A stretch of 63,149 nt of DNA, counting the filler, from Reclinomonas americana ATCC 50394 (taxonomy: Eukaryota): assembly GCA_048213135.1 (NCBI GenBank). It is 5 parts of 2 records of this genome, joined end to end, with 100 filler letters (N's around TTAATTAATTAA, not from the genome) between each part and the next. Parts side by side here need not be neighbours in the genome. Positions count along the whole stretch, not along the records: positions 1 to 13,343 come from PS015241.1; 4 more parts are not named here. One strand, given 5' to 3'. Below are positions 1-13,399 of the stretch, piece by piece. How positions within the stretch are numbered: the stretch's first letter is position 1; every line of letters starts with the position of its first letter. The position numbers and the translations under genes are program-made. Under the pieces are notes generated by a model. It did no database searches and had not been told where the DNA came from. It was given only the letters and a program-made list of their open reading frames with translations.

Positions 1-59
<59 letters not shown>

Positions 60-60
60 G

Positions 61-91
<31 letters not shown>

Positions 92-600
92 TCTCTCTCT
101 TCTCTCTCTTCTCTCTTTTTCTCTCTTCTCTTTCTTTTCTCTCTTCTCTCTCTTCTCTCTCTTTTTGTTCTCTCTCTCTCTCTTCTCTCTTTCTCTTTTC
201 TCTCGCTCTCCGCTCTCTTTCTCTCTCGCTCTCTTTCTCTCTCTCTCTGGTCTCACGCTCTGCTCTCGCTCTCGCATTCCCCTCTCGCATTCCCCTCTCG
301 CGGTCCCCTGTCGCTCTCTCCCTCGCTCTCCCGCTCTCTCTCCCGCTCTCTCTCTCGCTCTCTTCTCTCTCTCTCCTCTCACTGTCTTCTCTCGCTCTCT
401 CGCTCTCTCCTCTCGCTCTTTCGCTCTCCGCTCTCTTTTTCTCTCTCTTTCTCTTCTTCACTTTTCCCCTTTTCCCTTCCCCTTCCCTCTCTCCCCTCTT
501 CCCTCCCCTTTCTATGCCTTTCCCTTCCCCCTTCGCCCTTCCCCTTTTATCCCTTTCCCTTCGTCCCCTTCTATCCCCCTTCCATCCCTTTCCCTTCACC
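1..600. repeat. (CT)n microsatellite / polypyrimidine tract (intronic)
   Basis: Near-pure TC dinucleotide run degrading into CTCG and CCCTT variants; ends at a CAG acceptor at 618. Confidence 0.9.
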
Positions 601-618
601 CACCCTTCCCGCCTACAG

Positions 619-3600
619 AGCCCGCGAATCCGCCGACCGCGCCCGCCACATGGTGGAGGAGAGCAGCCACTCGATTGTCGACATTACCTCGCACTCACCC
701 GTGGCCGGCGGCAACGACTCGCCGCCTCGAACCCGACCGACTGGTACATTGACACATCCATGCCTCCTTGCACAACACTCTTCGCCTCACCTCACCTCAC
801 CTCTCCCTCTCTCTCCAGATGACTGGGGCCTCACCAATCGCTTCACCACCCCTCACCGACCGCCTCCACTCTCATCCACACTCCCGCCGCCGCAACCGGC
901 CATGACGACCGATTTCCGTGGTGCTGGTGCGGCGGCGGCGGCGGCGAATCGCGCCGCTCAGCGAGACGAACCCGCCCTCGCCCAACCGCTGCAACACGAC
1001 TCGGCGACCGCCGTTCTGTTTGGACGCGCCGGCAGTGCCGGCAGCGGTGGCATGACTCCCGACCAGGACGTCTTCCAGCCGCCACATGCGGTGCTGACGA
1101 ATGGCGACGACAAGGAGGTTTGTCCTGTTAAACACTCATCCCTCTTCACTCGCCTTCTCACATGATTCTGTTGCAGGGCGCTCTTCGCGAGCTCTTCAAG
1201 AAGCAGCAGGAGCAGCGTGATGCACTGGAGCGTGCGCTGCAGGGCGCGGCGCGTGACACCAATCCGTTCGATTTGTCGGGCGCCCTGTCGTCGTCGAGCA
1301 TCTCGGTGCACGGCACGACACCGATGAAGGGCGACGGCAGCGGCAATGTCAACAACCGGGGATCGGAGCGCGACTTTTTCTCGTCGGCGGGCATGACGCG
1401 TGACCAGTTGCGTGTCGCCACCATCAGCTCCCTCCCTCCCTCCGTCTCTGTTTGCTCACCTCTTTCTCTCTCATAACAGAGGCGAGTCCATGCGGTCATC
1501 ACCGACGGCCTTTGAGTTGAACGTGCCGACGCCGCGTTTGCCCGAGGAGGAGTCCCTTCGTCGCGACCGCGACCCACCGGCGAGCTACGACTCGAACGCG
1601 GAGCAGCTGCCGCCGGAGAATCGCGCTCCGAGCGGCATGACGGCCACGCAGCTGCAGCAGGAGCGAAACCTGAAGCGTGCTCTCGGCCGCGTCGACCCGC
1701 CGGCACCGCTCAGGAACGCCACCAGCGAGGGGCCGCTCCGCATGCCGTCGGTCGACAGTAGTGGCATTGACACGGCGGCCGAGATGAGTGGCCGCTCCAC
1801 TGGCAACCCGAACCCGCCACCGACTCGTCAGGCGCAGCCACCAGGTGGCGACGCCTCGGCGCCGCCTTCGTCGCCTCGCCCGTCGTCCGCTCCTCGTCCG
1901 TCGTCGGTGAAGCGCGTGTCGTTCAGGGAACCGCAGTCGCCCGACCTGATGACGGAGCCGTCGTTTGCGTCGTCGCCGGTGACCACGGCCAGCGCTGCAT
2001 CGGAGGCCGCTCGCCGTCTGCGCGATGCACGCTCGGCAGCGCACTTGAAGAGCGCTGCCAACGCCATGCAGTCCATTGATTTGGACGCACCAGTGCCGGT
2101 GACCTCCATCAATCTGTCCGGTCCCGCGCCGTCGAGACCCTCCGCAGCGGTGAGTGCTTTGGGTGGAATGCACTCTTCTCCCATCGCTGCTGCTGTCATT
2201 GTGCTCACCATTATCACCTTTCACAGTCCACGGCTACGCAAGAGCCTGAGCAGGAGGCGCGCACGACCGAGGAACGCGCGTCTCCGCGTGCCGGCGACCA
2301 CAAGTCGACCAGTCGGCGGCCGCAGCTGCACACCACTGTTGCGTCGCTCAAGATTCTTCTCCTTGCCCTCTCTCCCGTCCACTCACCACCACTCGCGCCT
2401 CCGTTGCAGGGCACCATTCTGCCACCCCCACCACTGGACCTCGATTTGCCTCCTGTGGAGCCGGCCGAGTTCACGTGGGGTGAAACGCTGCAAAGCACCG
2501 ACCCGTACCGCCACGACTACTTCCCCAAGACCGACCCGTGGCAGTCGCGTGGCGCAGCCTCGGAGGACATGCGTCCGCGCCCACCCATGCCTCGTGGCGG
2601 CGGTGGTGGTGCCGCTGCTCCCTCTAGTGGCAATGGTGGTTGGGGCGGTCAGCCTGCGTGGGCGTCGCTTGGCGGTGGCGGTGGTGGCATGTCGGCCATG
2701 GATCCAGTGGAGCCGCTGTTCCAGCAGCAGCCTCGTCGCCCGTTCCAGCATGCCGACCCGAGCATTGCTTCGTCGATGCCGCCGCCAATGCCGCGCGCAC
2801 CACAGTCGATGGCCACCGATGCCGGCGGCGATGAGGTGTCGACCGACATGTCTTCGCAGTCGGGATCGCCGCTGTCGTCGCAGCGCAGCAACTCGGGCTA
2901 CGGACCACCACAGCCCTCGTCGCAGCCGACGGACGGACGCGACCTCAATTTCGGTCAGCGTTTCCGCAACCGCGGCGCCCCGGGTGGACGCATGCCACCG
3001 ACCTCCACCCAGGCCGAGGCATTTGACCTGGCGCCGTTGCCGGAGCACTCGCCATTCATCAAGGAGGACGTTCTCGATTGGAGCAAGCAGCGCGCACGGC
3101 CGCAACAGGCGCCACTGGCACCTCCGGCGGCGGCGGCGCGCTCCAAGCCCAAGATCGTGACGGTGACGCAGGACTCCGACGCCGACTCGCTCGACTCGGC
3201 CGATCTGGAGAGCATCTCCGACATTCCGCAGCAGCCCGCCAATGGCCACGGCCCGCAGGCGTTTACCTATGGCGGTGGCGGCAGTGCTGGAAGCAGCAAC
3301 AATAGCAGCAGGAGAGGGTCAGGCTCGCAGCAACCTCCGTCGTCGTCGCACCAGCAGAATGGCCATGGCGACGACCGACCAACCGTCCCGCCGCTGCAGT
3401 TGGGGCGAGTGGGCGGCGACGCTGGACGGCCATCGGCCACACCAAAGGTTTGTGAGCGAGAAAAGGTGGAGGGCGTTTGTTTGTGCAAAGATCTCTCATC
3501 ATATATCTCTCACCACAGGGCGGTTCAACACCCTCACTGGCCGCCATGAATGGCCAGCTTCCGGTGTCCTCCACGCCGCGCGTGGTGGCATCCGAGCCGA

Positions 3601-3716
3601 CCATCAATCTGACCGGCTCCGGCGTCAATATCTCGTCGGGCGGCAGTGGTGGTGGCTTTGTGAAGCCCAGCGACTGGCAGAAGAAGCGCGATCTGACCAG
3701 CAACATTACGTTTTAA
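619..3716 (+). CDS. 3' portion of a multi-exon Pro/Ser/Gly/Gln-rich (probably disordered) hypothetical protein
   Basis: Exons ~619-743, 819-1117, 1176-1406, 1480-2149, ~2226-2337, ~2410-3447 and 3519-3716 join in frame through GT-AG introns, ending ...KPSDWQKKRDLTSNITF*. Short coiled coil (LRELFKKQQEQRDALERAL). Start is probably upstream of the window. Confidence 0.7.
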
Positions 3717-3922
3717 GTTGCCTGGCTCAGTGTTGTATTATGTTTTATTTTGGGTGGCGCAAGTGTGTCGTGCGGTGACCACTTGCTTGTAAGAGGAGAG
3801 AGGGATGGAATTGTTTTTTTTTGAAGTTGTTTAGCGTGGTGAAAAGAAATGTAGACGATTAATGCTCATAGGGAATATTCATGAAATGGTGGTGGGGTTT
3901 TCTCTCTCTCTTTCTTCTCGCC

Positions 3923-5552
3923 TCAGTCGGGATCGACGAGGAGTCGCGACGACTCCATTTTTTGTGTGGTTGGTAATCTGATTTGGCGGCGGCCGAACAG
4001 CGCGTTGACAGAGTTGACAATGTCGGCGGCCTCGTCGGCGACTGCAAAAGGGGGAGAAGGGGGAGTGAGGGGAAGAATGAGGAGAAGGGGGATTAGGGGG
4101 AAGGGAGGAGAAGGGAGAAGAACGAGGAGAAGGAGGAGAAGGGGGAAATGGAGGAGAAGGGGGGAGAGTGAGATATGAAGAGAAGATGCACGAACAGGAG
4201 GGGATGGAGGCGAAGAGTGAGACATGAGAAGAACGGAGAAGGGAAGAGTATGTAGACAAGAAGGAAGGAGAGCGCAATGAAGAGAAGGTGCACGAGCAGG
4301 AAGAGTGAGACATGAAAAGAATTAAGATAACAAGGGAAGGGAGGAGAAGGGGAGAGAATGTGGACAAGAAAGAGGGGAAGCACAATGAGGTGAAGAGATG
4401 CACGAACAGGAGGGGATGGGGGCGAAGGGTGAGAATGAAGATGACAAGGGGGAAGGGGAAGGGGAAGGGGAAGAGAGAAGGAAAGCACAATGAGGAGATG
4501 GAGGCACGAGCGAGACATGAAGGAATGAAGATGCAAGGAGACAAAGACGTGGGAAAAAGGCGAGAGAGGGACCAGCATAACAACGACAGGGTCCGCCTCT
4601 TCCTGCTCACGCAACAATCGATTGGCTCATTCAGCAGCGGCACAAAATCCCGCTCGTTGTCAGGGCTGCCTCCCACCAGGTTAGACTCGGTTCTGCTCAT
4701 CCTTTCTCACACGCACTCACCTCAAATGGACGAGACTTGGCATGATCTGCCCGTCGCTGCGCCACCCCAGCTCCGCACCCACGATACCTGGCATAGCGCA
4801 TGTGAGCATGCACCACTCTTACGATCTCGAAACAAGCATTTCTTCCTCTGTACCGTCGATGATCCAGTACGACGCGTTGCGGAAGCATCCGCAGGTGCGC
4901 GAGGATCGACGGACACCGCCAGTTCCATTGGCACGCATCGTGTAGACGCGAGTGGAGACGAAGCTGCGATGAAAGAGAAGTGAGAGACAAGGATCGGCGC
5001 AGAGGGAAAGAGAGACTTCTGGGAAAGGGGATCAACAGACGAGCGAGAGAGTTGACAACAGCTCACAGGAGGAGACAGAGCGCATGGAGCTATTCTTGCG
5101 TATTCTGCTCATGCCGCTCGTTAGTTGCACCTCCAGGTACTGCCTATCCCTCTGCAGCCTCATTCGCTCAAAGTCATCGAGCACCTCCATGCAGCTATTC
5201 TTCAGTGCAGACAACAGCACATTGACTGGAAGAAAACCGAGAAGAAACAACTGGCACAAGAAGAGAACCCCAACTGGCAAGATGCAGAAAGAGAGAGAGA
5301 CAGAGACAGAGACATACAGAGAGAGAGAGAGAGAGACCAAGAGACTTCGACGCGAAGGAAAGCCTGCAGCACGTCGCTGGAGTCTGCCAGCGCTCTTCCA
5401 CTTCACTCCTCCCTCTGCCACGCCACTCACCAACAGCGCATGTAACACAGAAACAAGCCCAACACCGACTGCGCAGGCGACAAGTCGTCGTCCACACGGA
5501 AACTCACTTCCGCGCCCGCTGCGTCTGCGTGCAACAGTGACACTCGGGGCAT
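3923..5552 (-). CDS. multi-exon hypothetical protein
   Basis: Coding-like blocks bounded by GT/AG: MPRVSLLHADAAGAEVSFRVDDDLSPA, NVLLSALKNSCMEVLDDFERMRLQRDRQYLE, MSRTESNLVGGSPDNERDFVPLLNEPID, and last exon ADEAADIVNSVNALFGRRQIRLPTTQKMESSRLLVDPD*. Internal exon phases uncertain; no family recognised. Confidence 0.5.
4050..4560. repeat. purine-rich intronic minisatellite (recurring GAAGAGATGCACGAACAGGAGGGGATGG-like unit)
   Basis: Related motif recurs near 4180, 4285, 4395 and 4500 within the last intron of the minus-strand gene. Confidence 0.65.
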
Positions 5553-6295
5553 CTGAAAGCACACAACAGTCAGTAGGGGAGAGAGAGGAGGGGAAGACAA
5601 GACAGAGGAAGAGGAAGAGAGAGTAAAGGAGAAGAAGAAGAACGAGAAAAACAAGGAGGATGAGGAGGATGAGGAGGAGGAGGAGGAGGAGAAGAAGAAG
5701 AAGAAGAAGAAGAACAAGGAGGAGGAGGAGTGAGAGAAGCAGGAGGAAGCTGAAGATGAGGATGAGGATGAGGAGGAGGAGGAGAATGAGGACGAGGAAG
5801 AAAGAGGAAGATGAATCGGTCAGTGAATATGCGGCCACAGATTGAATGAATGCGCGGGGAAGCGTGTGTGTGTGTGTGTGTGAGAGAGAGAGCGAGTGAG
5901 TGAGAGAGTGTGTGTGAACGAGAGGGAGCGACAGAGCAAGTGAGAGAGAGTGCGAGAGTGTGAGCAGGTGACGTCGAGAACGAATGATGCAATCAGTGTG
6001 CGTCACAATGTGCAGGAGTCACAGATGCATCTCTCTCTCTTTGTGTGTGAGAGAGAGAGAGTGAGAGAGCGAGAGAGTGAGTGAGCGTGTGCGAAAAGAG
6101 AGCATTTTTCCGATTGCTGATTCGCTCAGCTCTGAACAGAGAGAGAGAGAGAGAGAGAGTCACACACTCACCTCTCACTCTCTCACGCACAACAAATCAC
6201 ACAAAAGTTATCAAGTCGGACGTCCACAGATACAGGACGATTTTCGCGCGCAAAACTCTTGAGAGAGCTTTGTGAGAGAGTGTGAGAGAGATAAG

Positions 6296-9200
6296 ATGAG
6301 CAGCGCAGGAGTACTTGCGCAACTACGACACTTGCTGGTGGAACGCGGATTGTCGGCATATGTGGTGCCTTCTGCAGATGCGCATTTGGTGAGTGAGTGA
6401 GAGTGAGTGAGTGCGAGAGAGAGAGAGAGAGAGTGAGTGAGTGAGAGAGTGAGTGAGTGAGTGAGAGAAGGAGTGCGAGAGAGAGTGAGTGAGAGAGTGA
6501 GTGAGTGAGTGAGAAGGGAGAATGAGTGAGTGAGTGAGTGAGTGAGTGAGTGAGTGAGTGAGTGAGTGAGTGTGAGTGAGTGAGTGAGTGTGTGTGTGTG
6601 TGTAGTGAGTGAGTGAGAGAGAGAGAGTGAGTGAGTGAGTGTGGGAGTGAGTGAGTGAGTGAGTGAGTGTCTGAGTGAGTGAGTGAGTGAGAGAGAGAGA
6701 GTGAGTGAGTGAGTGAGAGAGAGAGAGAGAGTGAGAGAGTGAGTGAGAGTGAGTGAGTGAGTGAGTGAGTGAGTGAGAGTGAGTGAGTGCGAGAGAGAGT
6801 GTGTGTGTGAGCGTGTGTTAAAGTTGTTTCGTTTGTTTGAGGATATGTCTTGTTGTCTCACGACTGATTGATTGTTTCATTATTTTTTCGCAGAGTGAAT
6901 ACGTGGCCAAGTGCGACGAGCGACGTGCTTTTGTCTCTGGTTTCACAGGCAGCGCAGGTATCCATTCCACTCAATTAATAACTCACTCACAAAGGATCTC
7001 AGGTTCTTCTTTTCTTTTGAGCGACTTTGTTGTCGTGTTTGGTCACAGGCGTCACTGGTTCCCTCTCTTCCTCTTGCACTCTTTCGTTCTGTGGACGCCT
7101 AAGTCGTTGCTTTTATTGCCTTATCCGTTCCTCTCACTGAAGCGCTTGCCCGCTCCCTCTCTTCTTCTCCACTTATCTCTCACTCATGCGTACTGTAGTC
7201 GCCTCAGTCGTTGTCTTCCGCGAGGTGTCACTCATTTCCTTCCGTTCTCTAATCCTCACTGAAGCACTCACTCGCTCCCTCCTCTCCACTTCCCATTCCT
7301 CACTCATTCGTTTTTTTGAATGCCTTCATTGTCGCCTTTGTCGGCTTCTTGCCGTCCTTACTTCTCTCCTCACTTCTCATTGCTTCAATGCGCGCTTAAG
7401 TCGTCGCTTTAAATGCCTTATCCGTTCCTCACTGAAGCGCTTGCCCGCTCCCTCTCTTCTCCACTTCCCATTCCTCACTCCTTCGTTTTTGAATGCGTTT
7501 ATTGTCGCCGTTGTCAGGCGTCACTCGTTCCCTTTCTTCCTCCTGCACTCTTTCGTTCTACGGACGCCTAAGTCGTTGCTTTTATTGCCTTATCCGTTCC
7601 TCACTGAAGCACTCACTCGCTCCCTTTCCTCTCCACTTCCCATTCCTCACTCATTCGTTTTTTTGAATGCCGTTATTGTCGCCTTTGTCAGGCGTCACTC
7701 GTTCCTTTCTCTTTCGTTCTGTGGATGCCTAAGTCGTTGCTTTAATTACCTTAGGCGTCACCCATTTCCTTCCGTCCTCTAATCCTCACTGACGCTCCCT
7801 CTGCTCTCCACTTCCCATTCCTCACTCCTTCGTTTTTTGAATGCCTTTATTGTCGCCTTGACTGCCTTTTGTCGCCCCATCCCTTCCCTTCTCTGAAGCG
7901 CTCACTCGCTCCCTCTCCTCTCCATTTCCCATTCCTCACTCCTTCGTTTTTTGAACGCCTCAGGCAGTCGTTGTCTTTACTGCTAGGTGTCACTCATTCC
8001 CCGTCTTCCTTCCATCGTCCAGTCCTCACTGAAGTATCGCTCGCTCCCTCTCTTCTTCTCCACTTCCTTTTGCACTCCTCCCTGCCTTCCTCCCTCACTC
8101 GGTTGTTCTGGATTATCGCCTCAGTCGTCACATTGCTTTTCGTCACTCATTCCCTTTCTCTTCTCCTCCCTCCTCTTCTCCCCTCTTTCCCCTTTCGCAG
8201 GCGTCGCACTGATCACCCTCCACGACGCACTCCTGTGGACCGACGGGCGCTACTTCCTGCAAGCGGAGACTGAGCTCGACGAGAACTGGAAGCTCATGCG
8301 CATGGGCGAGGATGAGACCATTCAGTTGCGTGTGCGCTCTCAATCCGAAGGAGGTGCGAATGTGACCTGATTCGTGCGCGTGCACAGGGAGTGGGTGGTG
8401 GCACAGGCTCGCAAGGTATTGATATCGCCTTTTGTTGCTTGTTGTGTCGCTTCTTTTCTTCTATTCTGCTAAACGCGAACATTGGCGTCAATTCTATCCC
8501 TTGAATACGATCACATGGAGTTGTTGTTGTTTTCCTTTGCTCCTAACCTCTCCTGTCATTGCCGCTCTTCCTCACCCCTCTCCTCTCCTTCTCCTTGATC
8601 ACACAGCAATCCGGCAGCAGCTTTGTTCTCGGCCTGGACCCCACCACCGTCGCCTTTGAGTTGCATCACAACCCTCCTCTCCTCTGCCCCTCCTTCTTCC
8701 TAGCACTCACAAACCCCCTCCAGCGACATTCGCTCGTGGACCGAATACCTCACTCCCGTCGGCGGCGCCGTGTTGCCCGTGTCGGAGAACCTCGTCGACT
8801 TGGTGTGGGGTGACGCGCGCCCGCCCACACCGCACGGCGAGATCTTTGTGCACCCGCTGGAGCTGGCCGGCGAGTCGCATCTGGCCAAGATTGAGCGCGT
8901 GCGCGAAAAGATGGCCAAGGAACACGCGACCGTGTTTATCGTGGGAGCGCTGGACGAGGTGGCCTGTTGCGTGCCGGCGTCCACCACAAAGCACAAGCGC
9001 TCAATTGTCTCATCCATTCCTTTGCAGGGCTCTTCAACCTTCGCGGCTCAGATATTGAGTACAATCCAGTGTTGCGTTGCATTCTCTTGTCCCAAAGAGA
9101 ATGACTCGTTCTCTGGCATGCACTCTTCTCTCACCGACTTCTGTCTGCAACTGCAATTTTATATCTCTGATGTTGGAGTCGCTTGTTGTCTCTTACTCAA

Positions 9201-11907
9201 GCATCACGTCTCTCTCTCGCTCGCTCTCTCTCTCTCTCTCACAAGTGTGACGATATTCTCTCTCTTTTTGCCTCTTTGATTTGCTCTCTTTGCCCAGCAG
9301 CCGTTGATTTGATCTCTCCTTCCTTCGCTCTCTCTGACGCATCCGTGCCACAATCTCTCCCTGTACTCTCTGATTCGCTGTGTGTGCCAAACAGTCCTTG
9401 ACTCAATCTCTCTCCTTCGCGTTCTCTCACGCAAGTGTGACGCCACGCAGCCCTTGACCCAATCACTCCTTCTCCGAACCTTGTCTATCCTTCACTTCTC
9501 ACGCAATTCGATTCGTTGACCTCACTTATTCGCTTCCTTTCCAAGCAGCCCTTAACTCGACCCCTCCTTCTCTTCTCTTCTCTCTCTCTTGTCGACAAGG
9601 TTAGTTCGTTTCTCTCCTTTGTGCTCTCTCGCTCTCTCCCTTCCCTCCCTCTCTCCCTCTCCCATCCCCTTCTCACCCTTCCATATCACCCCTTCCCTCA
9701 CCCTTTCTCCTCTCTTCCTGCAGCTTCCTGGCCTACTCCATCGTCACGCGCAGCGACGTCCGCCTGTACGTTGACGACAGCAGATTCGCCGCCAATGTGC
9801 GCGATCACCTCACCGACGCCATTTCTGTGCGCCCCTACGCCTCCTTCTGGGACGATTTGCACACGCTGGCGGCCGACTCGAGCAACGTTGCGTTCCCCCG
9901 AATATTCTGCATTTTTGTTTCCACCTCTCATCCGTCTCGGCGCAGCTCATTCTCCTGGCCTCTGCGTCGTGCAACGGTGCCATTTCTCTGGCAGTAGAGA
10001 ATGCACGCGTCATTCAGCGACTCAGTCCCGTCAATTACATCAAGGCGATCAAGAACCCCGTTGAATTGGAGGGCATTCGGCAGGCGCACATTCGCGATGC
10101 GGCGGCATTGGTGAGACGCACTCCCCAAATCGCAGTTGAAGATGCCTGCTCTCATCATTCCCGCAGGTTCGCTTCTTGTGCTGGTTGGAGGAGCAAATCC
10201 ACAACGGCGTGGAGCTGACAGAAAAGGATGCGGCGGATATGTGCGATGCCTTGCGATCGTTGAGTTGTGCGAGACACAAACCCCTTGTCTCTCTCTCTCT
10301 CTTCTCTCTGACTCTTTCCCTCGCAGTGAGCAACCGCTGTACGTGTCGCCGAGTTTCGCCACCATTCTCGGCAGCGGGCCAAACGGCGCTGTGATCCACT
10401 ACAAGCCGAACGCGGAGACTGCACGCAAGCTTACACCCTCTGAAATGGTGTTGTGCGACTCGGGTGTGCAGTATCGGTGAGTGCGGTCACCCACAACAAG
10501 AGCAATTCATTCGCCAACAAACAAGTAACAGCTGTTTCACTCTCCTCGCACTTTACTCCCCTCACCTCTTTCTCTCCCTCTCTCACCTTGTTGCCACAGC
10601 GACGGCACCACGGACGTCACTCGCACTATTCACCCCTCGGAACCCACCGCCTGGCAACGTGAGTGCTTCACGCGCGTTCTCAAGTCGTTCCTCGCCCTCG
10701 GACGCGCCGTGTTCCCCGACGGCACCACTGGCGTGCAGCTCGACACGCTGGCCCGCATGCACATGTGGTCTGGCGGCCTCGACTACAAGCACGGCACGGG
10801 TCATGGAGTGGGTGCATTCCTGTGCGTGCACGAGGGACCGCACCTTATTGGCAAGCGGAGGTACCCGATTGAGATTGGCTTGTATCGTGGCATGACAGTC
10901 ACCGATGGTAAGGAGGGGAAGGGGAAAGGAGGGGGAAAGGGGAGAGAGGGGGGAGATGTGAGGGAAGTGGTAACGAAGAGATTAAGGAGGGAGAATAAGA
11001 GATGCCGGCGAGTGGGGTCCCATGATACCATCGTTTGCATTCCAAGCCGAATCTTTCGGCTCTCCTTGGTCTCACTCTCTTGTTGTCTTCTATCGCTCTC
11101 TATCTCTGTCTGTGCCTTCCGATGCAGTCGTCTTGTCCTCGTTTGCTCGTTGCTCGTCGTGGCGGCGTTCTCCTTCAGTCTTCTTCTTCTTTTTCTTCCT
11201 CGACTTCTTCTTCCTTTCTAGGCAACTTTGTGAGAATGAGAGGGCGAGGGACGGAAGAAGGAGCGGAGAGATAGATGAGAGAAAGCAAGTATATGATATA
11301 TATGTGAGTCGGAAGAGCAGCAAAGAGAAAGAGAGAGTCAAAGACTATGCAGGGGCAAGACAGTGTGCAGGGAAGGGCGGGATTGGATAGTGTTGGCAAG
11401 AGAGTGAGTCAGCATGTAGCTCTCACTCTTCTTCCACTCTCATGAACGAGTGAGGATGAGTTGAGTTAAGAGTGGAGAGTGATTGTTTGCGCTTGGGAGA
11501 GAGACGTATCAAGGATAGTGCGGGCACAAACCGCATCTCCTCCCTTCTCCAATAATCTCCCTTCCCTTCCTTTGTCTATTCCCCTCACAGAACCCGGCTA
11601 CTACCACGACGGACACTTTGGCATCCGCATCGAAAACACGTGCCTGGTGGTGCCGGCCACACACCCCGGTCCCTCGGTCACTGGCGACTTTGAGGGCAAT
11701 CACAATCGCTTCGACGGCATGTGCACGCTGGAGCACGCCACAGTGGTGCCAATTCAGCGCAAGCTGATGAACATGGAGATGCTGACGGGCGACGAGATCG
11801 CCTGGCTCAACGCCTATCACCGTCGCTGCTGGGAGTGTGTGTCGCCATTGTTGCAGGAGCATCCGCAGGCGTTGGAGTATCTGCGACGGGAGTGTGAGCC
11901 GTTGTGA
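6296..11907 (+). CDS. XPNPEP1: Xaa-Pro aminopeptidase (aminopeptidase P, M24B), multi-exon
   Basis: Spliced peptide has the family motifs AYVVPSADAHL|SEYV...[73 protein letters not shown], SFATI...GPNGAVIHY, LCDSGVQY.DGTTDVTRT, DYKHGTGHGVGAFLCVHEGP, EPGYYHDGHFGIRIEN and WLNAYH. Confidence 0.95.
6390..6815. repeat. (GAGT)n/(GA)n microsatellite filling intron 1 of the aminopeptidase P gene
   Basis: Direct observation of tandem GAGT/GA/GT units starting at the GTGAGT donor. Confidence 0.9.
7030..8130. repeat. intronic composite minisatellite
   Basis: Blocks such as CTCTTTCGTTCT..GGACGCCTAAGTCGTTGCTTTTATTGCCTTATCCGTTCC and CTCCACTTCCCATTCCTCACTC..TTCGTTTTTTGAATGC recur several times in intron 2 of the aminopeptidase gene. 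Confidence 0.8.
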
Positions 11908-12686
11908 TGCGGGAGTGAAGGTACAGGGTGTGAGACTGAAGAGAAAGGCGAAGAGTGGATGTTGCGTTTCGATCCTCACATCTTGCGCGATTGGCTGCTT
12001 CTTGGAGGTCTGCTGTACTGGTAAGCTTTCACGCTTCCGTAGGAGCTCTGGAGTGCTTCGCAGCGCACTTCATCTTTCTTGTCTGTAGGGACGCAGCATC
12101 GATGGGATGTCTGCGTATAATGTGATTGCAGCGTCTTCAAAGAAAGGTACGTCTGGGCAGCGTCGAAAGGAGGTCTGCACTGGTCACGACCCTGCACCTC
12201 ACATCCCATTCCGCGTGGAGATTGGGAGACGGGAAAGTATCATGAGTTAGTGTGCCTTGTGACGCTGCATCCCGATCGTGAAGTGCGACCTGCCAGGTTT
12301 GTGGTTGCGTGCAGCAGGTGTGTCAATAGACCCATCGAGGTAGGCAAGGTAGGAGGTGTGCTTAGAATGTGGTTGCGTGCGGCGCTGCATCGCAACAGAC
12401 ACCTCACATTGCGACATGTGTCGGAGTGTGGTTGCACGGACTTGACTGGTATGTCGACCGAGAAAAGCAATGGTTAGGGGGAGTCGGTGACCTTGCCAAT
12501 TCGACGGCACGTCTGCGTGGAATCCTTCGACCCTAGTGGAAAGCAAGGCCTCGATGGGTCAATTGACAATCACTGCTGACTCTCGTGCACATTCTCAGCT
12601 CTGCAGCTCTCACTGCCTCACTTCCCGCCACTTCCACTCGCCCCTTCCATCACCATTCGTCCTCCAAACACAGGACAAAGTGATTG

Positions 12687-13187
12687 ATGGGCCGCCGACG
12701 CAAGCGCCCTCGCGCCTCTCCTCACACCGACAACGAACCCTCACAAAAGAGACGTGAGTACCACACACACACACTCTCTCCCCATCTCTCATCACCTCAC
12801 ACACACGCACACACAGCTCGCTCAACCACCACTCAACATCGCCATCGCGCCTCGACCAAGAACACAGCACTGGCGCTCACCTGCGATGAACTGTACACAC
12901 TGGAGACTTACATAAGCCTACACAAGGGACTGAGCGCGACTCGGCATTCTCCGCCTTTGACGGACGCGCAGAGTGATGAATATCGCGAGTTTCTGCGCAA
13001 CACTCTGATCAGTCCTGTTGTTGTTGGTGTTGCTGGTGCGGCGACTGCTCAGCGACGAGTGTTTGTGTATGAACCGCCGGCGGAGATGTCGCAGGATGAG
13101 CTGTTGGATCGGGTGCTGGAGCAGTTGTTTAGGGCGGTGAAGGGCGAGGGGTTTCCGGATAATGTGTTGGCCGATGGTTATGTGAAG
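12687..13187 (+). CDS. TERT: telomerase reverse transcriptase, N-terminal (TEN) exons only; partial
   Basis: Exons 12687-12753 and 12817-13187 encode a basic NLS-like start (MGRRRKRPR), then LYTLETYISL...SDEYREFLRNTLIS...MSQDELLDRVLEQLFR...NVLADGYVK. This follows the known TERT TEN pattern (human VLPLATFV...FRALVAQCLV...LKELVARVLQRL...KNVLAFGF). Ends at a GTGCGG donor shortly before a scaffold gap. Confidence 0.75.
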
Positions 13188-13387
13188 GTGCGGGAGCGGA
13201 GGGGGAGGGTGAGGGAGAGGGAGAGGGAAAGGAAAGGAAAGGAAAGGGAAGAATGCTTGATAGGCAACTCTGCGTTCCAGGTCTCCGAAATGTTCTGTCT
13301 TTCGTCACCTCTCTCTCTCTCTCTCTCTCTCTCGTCGTGTACGNNNNNNNNNNNNNNNNNNNNNNNNNNNNNNNNNNNNNNNNNNNN

Positions 13388-13399
13388 TTAATTAATTAA
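13388..13399. other. artificial contig-join spacer TTAATTAATTAA inside N run (also 16692-16703, 29441-29452, 53020-53031)
   Basis: Identical 12-mer with stops in all six frames, centred in ~100-nt N blocks. Confidence 0.9.

Noticed and set aside
165-752. Long ORFs rich in SL/RE/HT dipeptides (also 3879-4700, 5032-6006, 6211-6861, 34674-35363, 55830-56525 and N-spanning ORFs)
   Set aside because: Translations of microsatellites, intronic repeats or gaps.
8325-8390. Possible GC-AG or other non-GT introns at GTTGCG sites
   Set aside because: A GT donor restores the frame in each case examined, so these are treated as shifted GT donors rather than non-GT introns.
11930-12600. Non-repetitive sequence with splice-like signals between the aminopeptidase gene and the TERT exons
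   Set aside because: No coherent spliced ORF or recognisable RNA structure or template could be supported.
13388-13399. Perfect palindromic TTAATTAATTAA recurring four times
   Set aside because: Always centred in ~100-nt N blocks, so it is a scaffolding spacer with six-frame stops, not biological.
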